From Dysgonomonas sp. 520 (GTDB taxonomy: Bacteria; Bacteroidota; Bacteroidia; Bacteroidales; Dysgonomonadaceae), in contig NZ_QVMP01000007.1 of NCBI RefSeq assembly GCF_010501095.1, positions 1 to 32,000 on the forward strand: a DNA stretch of 32,000 bases, given 5' to 3'. Each line of letters begins with the position of its first letter. Within the stretch, counting starts at the first letter, position 1. Below are positions 28,734 through 32,000 of the stretch, in pieces. The notes under the pieces are model-generated. The model made no database searches. It was not told the origin of the DNA and worked only from the letters and a program-made list of their open reading frames with translations. A program made the position numbers and the translations under genes.

Positions 28734-28919
28734 CTTGCTAAATTTTATTAAATGTGATAAAATTGTCCTTTTGCTGCAAAAGCAAACTTTCTAAATTAAG
28801 ACAAAAATTTCTGCAGGCATACACCCTACAACATTACTATTAGCCAATCACCCATTTTCTTTGCTTTTTAGAACCTAATTTGATAACCCAAAACGAATAG
28901 ACAAAGAATAATACACATT

Positions 28920-30281
28920 TTATTTGACATTATTTTTTTTGTTCGATTTTAAAAATTTCTTGTAATCATTTGAGAGATAGGCGTTATAAAATTCCGACTT
29001 GTTTTCAAAGAATTTTCCGTTTTTGCTCCATTCCTTATTTAATCCTTTGTTGATTTCAATTACAAAATTCATTACTTGTGAATAATATGGCTTATTTTGA
29101 CTTTTGTTTATTACAGACAAAATCTTTTTTCTGTCAGCATTTCCTTTTGAATAATCGGCACGAATCCCCGTGTAAGCCAACAGAACAGCAGAGCCTACGG
29201 TTACCTTTTTTTCTTTTTGAAAATCCATTGATTCAATAAATTTAGAATTGGCGGTAAGATAATTTAAAACCGTTCTTTTTTCAATTTCCTGTGGATAATT
29301 ACCCTGCTTGTAAAAAATCTCGAATTCATCTTTGTTTGCAAACAATTTTCCATTTATCCGATACTCATTTTCGTATTCTTCTCTAAAACTATTATTTAAT
29401 CGTTCAAAATAGGATTGCATAGACGAAATACTATTATTAAAATTGTATTCTCGCCTATCTTTGCCTGTTATTTTGTTGTAATCGGTCAATATTTTTTGAT
29501 TTAGATTATACGGATTTTGCAGAAGTTGACGATTGTAATCTTTGTAAATAGAATCTAATTTTTGATTGTATGTTGCAAGTTCCAACGAATCTAAACGCTC
29601 TAATTCGAGTTTCTTGTTACGAGCGATTTGCGCTGACTGAGACGGATTTTCGTAGGTATAAGTTTTTGAATTATTAGAATATATTAGCGAAAGCAGTGCC
29701 AATTGGTCGTTTTGAATAAAAAAGCGAGCTTTTAAATTCTCCAAACGTTGCATCTCCCACTGCATATTTTTTGCTTCATCAAGAGGAATCGGTATTGGTA
29801 TATTTCCCCAAAAAGTATTGACAATCAGCACTTCATTATCTGCATCATATACTCCCGAATGATAAAAAGGCATACCTGCTAATTTACAGGCATAATCATC
29901 ATAACTAGTTGAAACTCCCAATTCTTTTGCATAAATGTTTATGTGTGATTCTTGTATTGCACTTCTTTTTGTTTCCGTGCTATCTGTCAACCTTCGTTGC
30001 CAGTCTACCGTTGTTTCAAATCCGCCCTTTTTCTTCCAATTCTCCAGCTCTTTTTCTACAAATACACTATATTTGCTGTTTCTTATCTTCTTTAATCTAT
30101 TAGACATCGCTTCTCCAAATACTTCTCCAAACCATCTTATTGCTTCAACTGCATCATTCCCCTCACGTACTGTTTTTTCGAGATTAGTTTCAGGACGAAC
30201 AACAATTGTTTGCTTTTTTTGAGCAAAAACGATATGCCCCCAAAAAGCAAACACCATAAAAATTAAAAATATTTTTCCCAC
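28920..30281 (-). CDS. Hypothetical secreted protein with an internal NGKxFxNKxEF repeat
   Basis: 453-aa ORF with a GTG start (MGKIFLIFMVFAFWGHIVFAQ signal peptide). K/N/E-rich. Two copies of the motif NGK(L/F)F(A/E)NK(D/S)EF at about aa 309 and aa 420. Confidence 0.6.
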   Translation of the reverse strand: MGKIFLIFMVFAFWGHIVFAQKKQTIVVRPETNLEKTVREGNDAVEAIRWFGEVFGEAMSNRLKKIRNSKYSVFVEKELENWKKKGGFETTVDWQRRLTDSTETKRSAIQESHINIYAKELGVSTSYDDYACKLAGMPFYHSGVYDADNEVLIVNTFWGNIPIPIPLDEAKNMQWEMQRLENLKARFFIQNDQLALLSLIYSNNSKTYTYENPSQSAQIARNKKLELERLDSLELATYNQKLDSIYKDYNRQLLQNPYNLNQKILTDYNKITGKDRREYNFNNSISSMQSYFERLNNSFREEYENEYRINGKLFANKDEFEIFYKQGNYPQEIEKRTVLNYLTANSKFIESMDFQKEKKVTVGSAVLLAYTGIRADYSKGNADRKKILSVINKSQNKPYYSQVMNFVIEINKGLNKEWSKNGKFFENKSEFYNAYLSNDYKKFLKSNKKNNVK

Positions 30282-30321
30282 AATTATATAAAAAGTTTGT
30301 GCCTCAAGTCCCGAAGTAGGC

Positions 30322-30561
30322 GATTATAAAAATGAAGAAAGCGTGGGACTTTAACTTTATTCGTGTTCGAGGTCTTAGGATACCTTTGCAGCAAATAAGT
30401 AAGCCCACGCCGACTTTAAATCAACGTGAGCGTCGACTACTTACTCTTGCTGCGTCTGAAAGTTCCTAAGTTTCGAACACAAGAATAAAAGCTAACGCTT
30501 TTTCTTAATATGTTAAATTAATTTATTGTTTTCTATATACTTTCTGTTTTATGTGTTTATT
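30322..30561 (-). ncRNA. Candidate structured leader or sRNA, copy 1 (full length)
   Basis: Lies downstream of a minus-strand -7 box. Helices: 30363-30370/30473-30480, 30374-30380/30464-30470, 30388-30394/30447-30453, 30341-30347/30404-30410, 30338-30344/30495-30501. Ends in CCCACGC plus a U-tract about 45 nt before the GTG at 30281. Confidence 0.4.
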
Positions 30562-30566
30562 TCCTA

Positions 30567-30574
30567 CAAATATA
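30567..30574 (-). promoter_or_regulatory. -7 box (TATATTTG on the minus strand) for the copy-1 RNA and the 453-aa gene
   Basis: CAAATATA on the + strand. Conserved with copy 2, while the adjacent +-strand box has decayed. Confidence 0.45.
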
Positions 30575-30593
30575 AATATTTTAATGAAATCAA

Positions 30594-31577
30594 CTATAAA
30601 GACCCTCTGCAAATTAATTTTGTGGGGATATAAGTTTGCACTTTATTTCTTGTTTTGATGTATTCGGCAGCCAGTTTCCCCATTTGCTTGAAGTCTGTTG
30701 AAATTACTGTAATACCATTCTCAATAACTTCGAGCATTGGCGCATCATTAAAAGTTATCAACCCCACATCTTCGCCCAGTTTATAATCTAATGAACGGCA
30801 GAGTTTTACCATCCTAATCATGTCGTTATGGCTTGCCACCAGATAAGCCGTTCCCGGAGTTACGTCCGAATATCCGAAGTCAGATTCTATAAACTTGTAG
30901 TTGAAGTTATTATCTTCGCAAAACTGAATAAAGTAAGGAATACAACTTTTAGGATGCTCAGAATCATGTCGGATAATAAAATCTATCTCTTTGTATTTTT
31001 TTAGCCTGTTCAGTCCGGATGTAAGGCAATCGTACAGTGTTGTATCAAAACCTTGGCAGACATAAGAAAACTTATCTTTTTTGAATTTTCCCAAGTCGAT
31101 CAATAAAACTTTACTGTTGTCTAACCTGTCCAAGACATCGGAATACATATCATTTGCGATGTTTGTAATCAGATATAAGTCGTAACGTCCGATACAATCT
31201 AGCATCATGTGATTGAATGCCCTTTCATTATAATGATGAAAGTATAAGTCGAGTTTGTAGTTTAAAGGAAGATTTGCGGTCAGTTCTTTGTAAAAATCGT
31301 CCTTGTAGGGGCTGAATATGTCTAGCAGAACAAATATATTATTAACCGTTTTAGACACAAAATAGCCTTTTGTGGGAGCCGATTCGATAATTCCTTTTTC
31401 TTTCAATTCCTGAAAAGCCTTATACACGGTATCCCGCGCCAGTCCATGCTCCGAACTGATTTTGTTGATAGAAGGAAGAATATCTCCCTCCTTGAATTCT
31501 CCGCTGGAAATAGCCATGCGGATGGCATCAGCCAGTTGCCGAACCTTGCTTTTATTTTGATCGAATCTCAATTCCAT
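30594..31577 (-). CDS. GntR-family transcriptional regulator with a sugar-binding (PBP type 1, LacI-like) effector domain
   Basis: N-terminal winged HTH (LPSINKISSEHGLARDTVYKAFQELKEKGIIES). The ~250-aa C-terminal alpha/beta domain is of periplasmic-binding-protein type. Confidence 0.8.
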   Translation of the reverse strand: MELRFDQNKSKVRQLADAIRMAISSGEFKEGDILPSINKISSEHGLARDTVYKAFQELKEKGIIESAPTKGYFVSKTVNNIFVLLDIFSPYKDDFYKELTANLPLNYKLDLYFHHYNERAFNHMMLDCIGRYDLYLITNIANDMYSDVLDRLDNSKVLLIDLGKFKKDKFSYVCQGFDTTLYDCLTSGLNRLKKYKEIDFIIRHDSEHPKSCIPYFIQFCEDNNFNYKFIESDFGYSDVTPGTAYLVASHNDMIRMVKLCRSLDYKLGEDVGLITFNDAPMLEVIENGITVISTDFKQMGKLAAEYIKTRNKVQTYIPTKLICRGSL

Positions 31578-31621
31578 CTCATCATAAATTTGTATTTTTT
31601 TACCTTAAATTCCGAACAGCA

Positions 31622-31843
31622 TATAAAAAAATGAAGCATGGGACTTTAACTATATTCGTCTTTGAGGTCTTAGGATACCTTCGGCACAAACAAGTTAGCC
31701 CACGCCTATATAAATTAACGTAAGCGTTGACTACTTATTCTTGTGCCTATTGCTTTCATACACAGAATAAAAGCTAACGCTTTTCCTTAATACATTAAAA
31801 TCAAATTTTCTTTTTCGAAGTATTTTTTATTTTAAGTATTTAT
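31622..31843 (-). ncRNA. Candidate structured leader or sRNA, copy 2 (one helix arm deleted)
   Basis: Helices 31683-31689/31741-31747 and 31636-31642/31699-31705 are kept through compensatory or wobble changes. Ends in CCCAUGC plus U7 about 46 nt before the GntR ATG. Confidence 0.35.
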
Positions 31844-31860
31844 ATTTGCAAATATAAATA
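31837..31860. promoter_or_regulatory. 24-bp perfect palindrome holding back-to-back divergent -7 boxes
   Basis: tatttaTATATTTGCAAATATAaata. TATATTTG reads on the + strand at 31841-31848 and on the - strand at 31849-31856. Confidence 0.5.
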
Positions 31861-31865
31861 TTTTA

Positions 31866-32000
31866 ATGAAATTAATCACAGTCATAACTTTTATATTTCT
31901 CTCACTATCCGCTTATGGACAATCTTTCCCGAAAATAGGAAAGGATATAACTTCAATAAAAATATTGAATCCGGACAGGCACGACGGCTTAGGAATACAA
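31866..32000 (+). CDS. Secreted protein, N-terminal fragment (runs off the window)
   Basis: The ATG at 31866 opens a frame that stays open to the window end. MKLITVITFIFLSLSAYGQ is a signal peptide. Preceded by the +-strand -7 box. Not in the supplied ORF track because it is truncated. Confidence 0.5.
   Translation, partial: MKLITVITFIFLSLSAYGQSFPKIGKDITSIKILNPDRHDGLGIQ

Larger units (their letters stand above)
30300..30594. repeat. Direct repeat copy 1 of a ~280-bp intergenic module
   Basis: Alignable by eye with 31600-31880 (roughly 75-80 percent identity in the first 130 nt plus one ~14-nt indel). The alignment runs from tcccgaag...ataaaaatgaag to caaatataaatattttaatgaaat. Confidence 0.8.
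31600..31880. repeat. Direct repeat copy 2 of the intergenic module
   Basis: See copy 1. Includes the promoter palindrome and the first codons of the gene starting at 31866. Confidence 0.8.

Noticed and set aside
30332-30469. 45-codon ORF (MKKAWDFNFIRVRG...) on the + strand inside repeat copy 1, and a 30-codon ORF at 31631-31723 in copy 2
   Set aside because: The two copies differ by a 4-nt indel right after the ATG, so the reading frames and peptides are unrelated, while the nucleotide pairings are conserved. The conservation is at the RNA or DNA structure level, not at the protein level.
30584-30658. 24-codon +-strand ORF starting at the ATG homologous to the 31866 start
   Set aside because: It overlaps the 3' end of the GntR gene on the other strand, diverges from the real gene after 4 codons, and has lost its -7 box. 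I interpret it as a relic of the duplication.
1-32000. Scan for CRISPR arrays, tRNA or rRNA genes, integrases or transposases, and known defence-system genes
   Set aside because: No regularly spaced direct repeats, no tRNA-like GGTTCGAATCC arms, and no recombinase or nuclease-helicase gene clusters were seen. The only dispersed repeats are the ones reported above.

Overview
AT-rich chromosomal segment that looks like Bacteroidota, probably Bacteroidales. Support: TAnnTTTG -7 promoter boxes, no Shine-Dalgarno dependence, a Rho with a large N-terminal insertion, a type-2-like IleRS, and mutA/mutB. Most of the window is housekeeping. On the + strand: an FAD/Fe-S D-lactate-dehydrogenase-like oxidoreductase, a 2-Cys peroxiredoxin, YccF, an apparent operon of two paralogous small secreted proteins with mnmA, a TRIC-family channel and tilS, then rho, a large secreted beta-rich protein, an M48 peptidase and cinA. 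On the - strand: a U32 peptidase, phnA, a secreted protein, the ileS / dksA-like / lspA / lipoprotein cluster, trmD, the mutA-mutB methylmalonyl-CoA mutase operon, a 453-aa secreted protein and a GntR-type regulator. No tRNA, rRNA, CRISPR array, integrase or transposase was seen. The non-routine content is at the right end and in the mutAB operon. (1) A ~280-bp intergenic module occurs twice as a direct repeat (about 30300-30594 and 31600-31880) and brackets the GntR gene. Each copy carries a consensus -7 box on the minus strand, then a ~160-nt multi-helix element with compensatory base changes between the copies, then a hairpin and U-tract about 45 nt before a start codon. I read this as an undescribed structured leader or sRNA family. 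(2) A 446-bp cassette with a GxxExxY / PD-(D/E)XK ORF sits between mutA and mutB, bounded by imperfect inverted repeats made of tandem 8-mers. (3) A nested-palindrome MITE-like element lies downstream of mutB. (4) Rho carries a ~220-aa K/Q/E-rich insertion with a poly-N/Q tract. All family calls come from motif recognition by eye. No database search was run.
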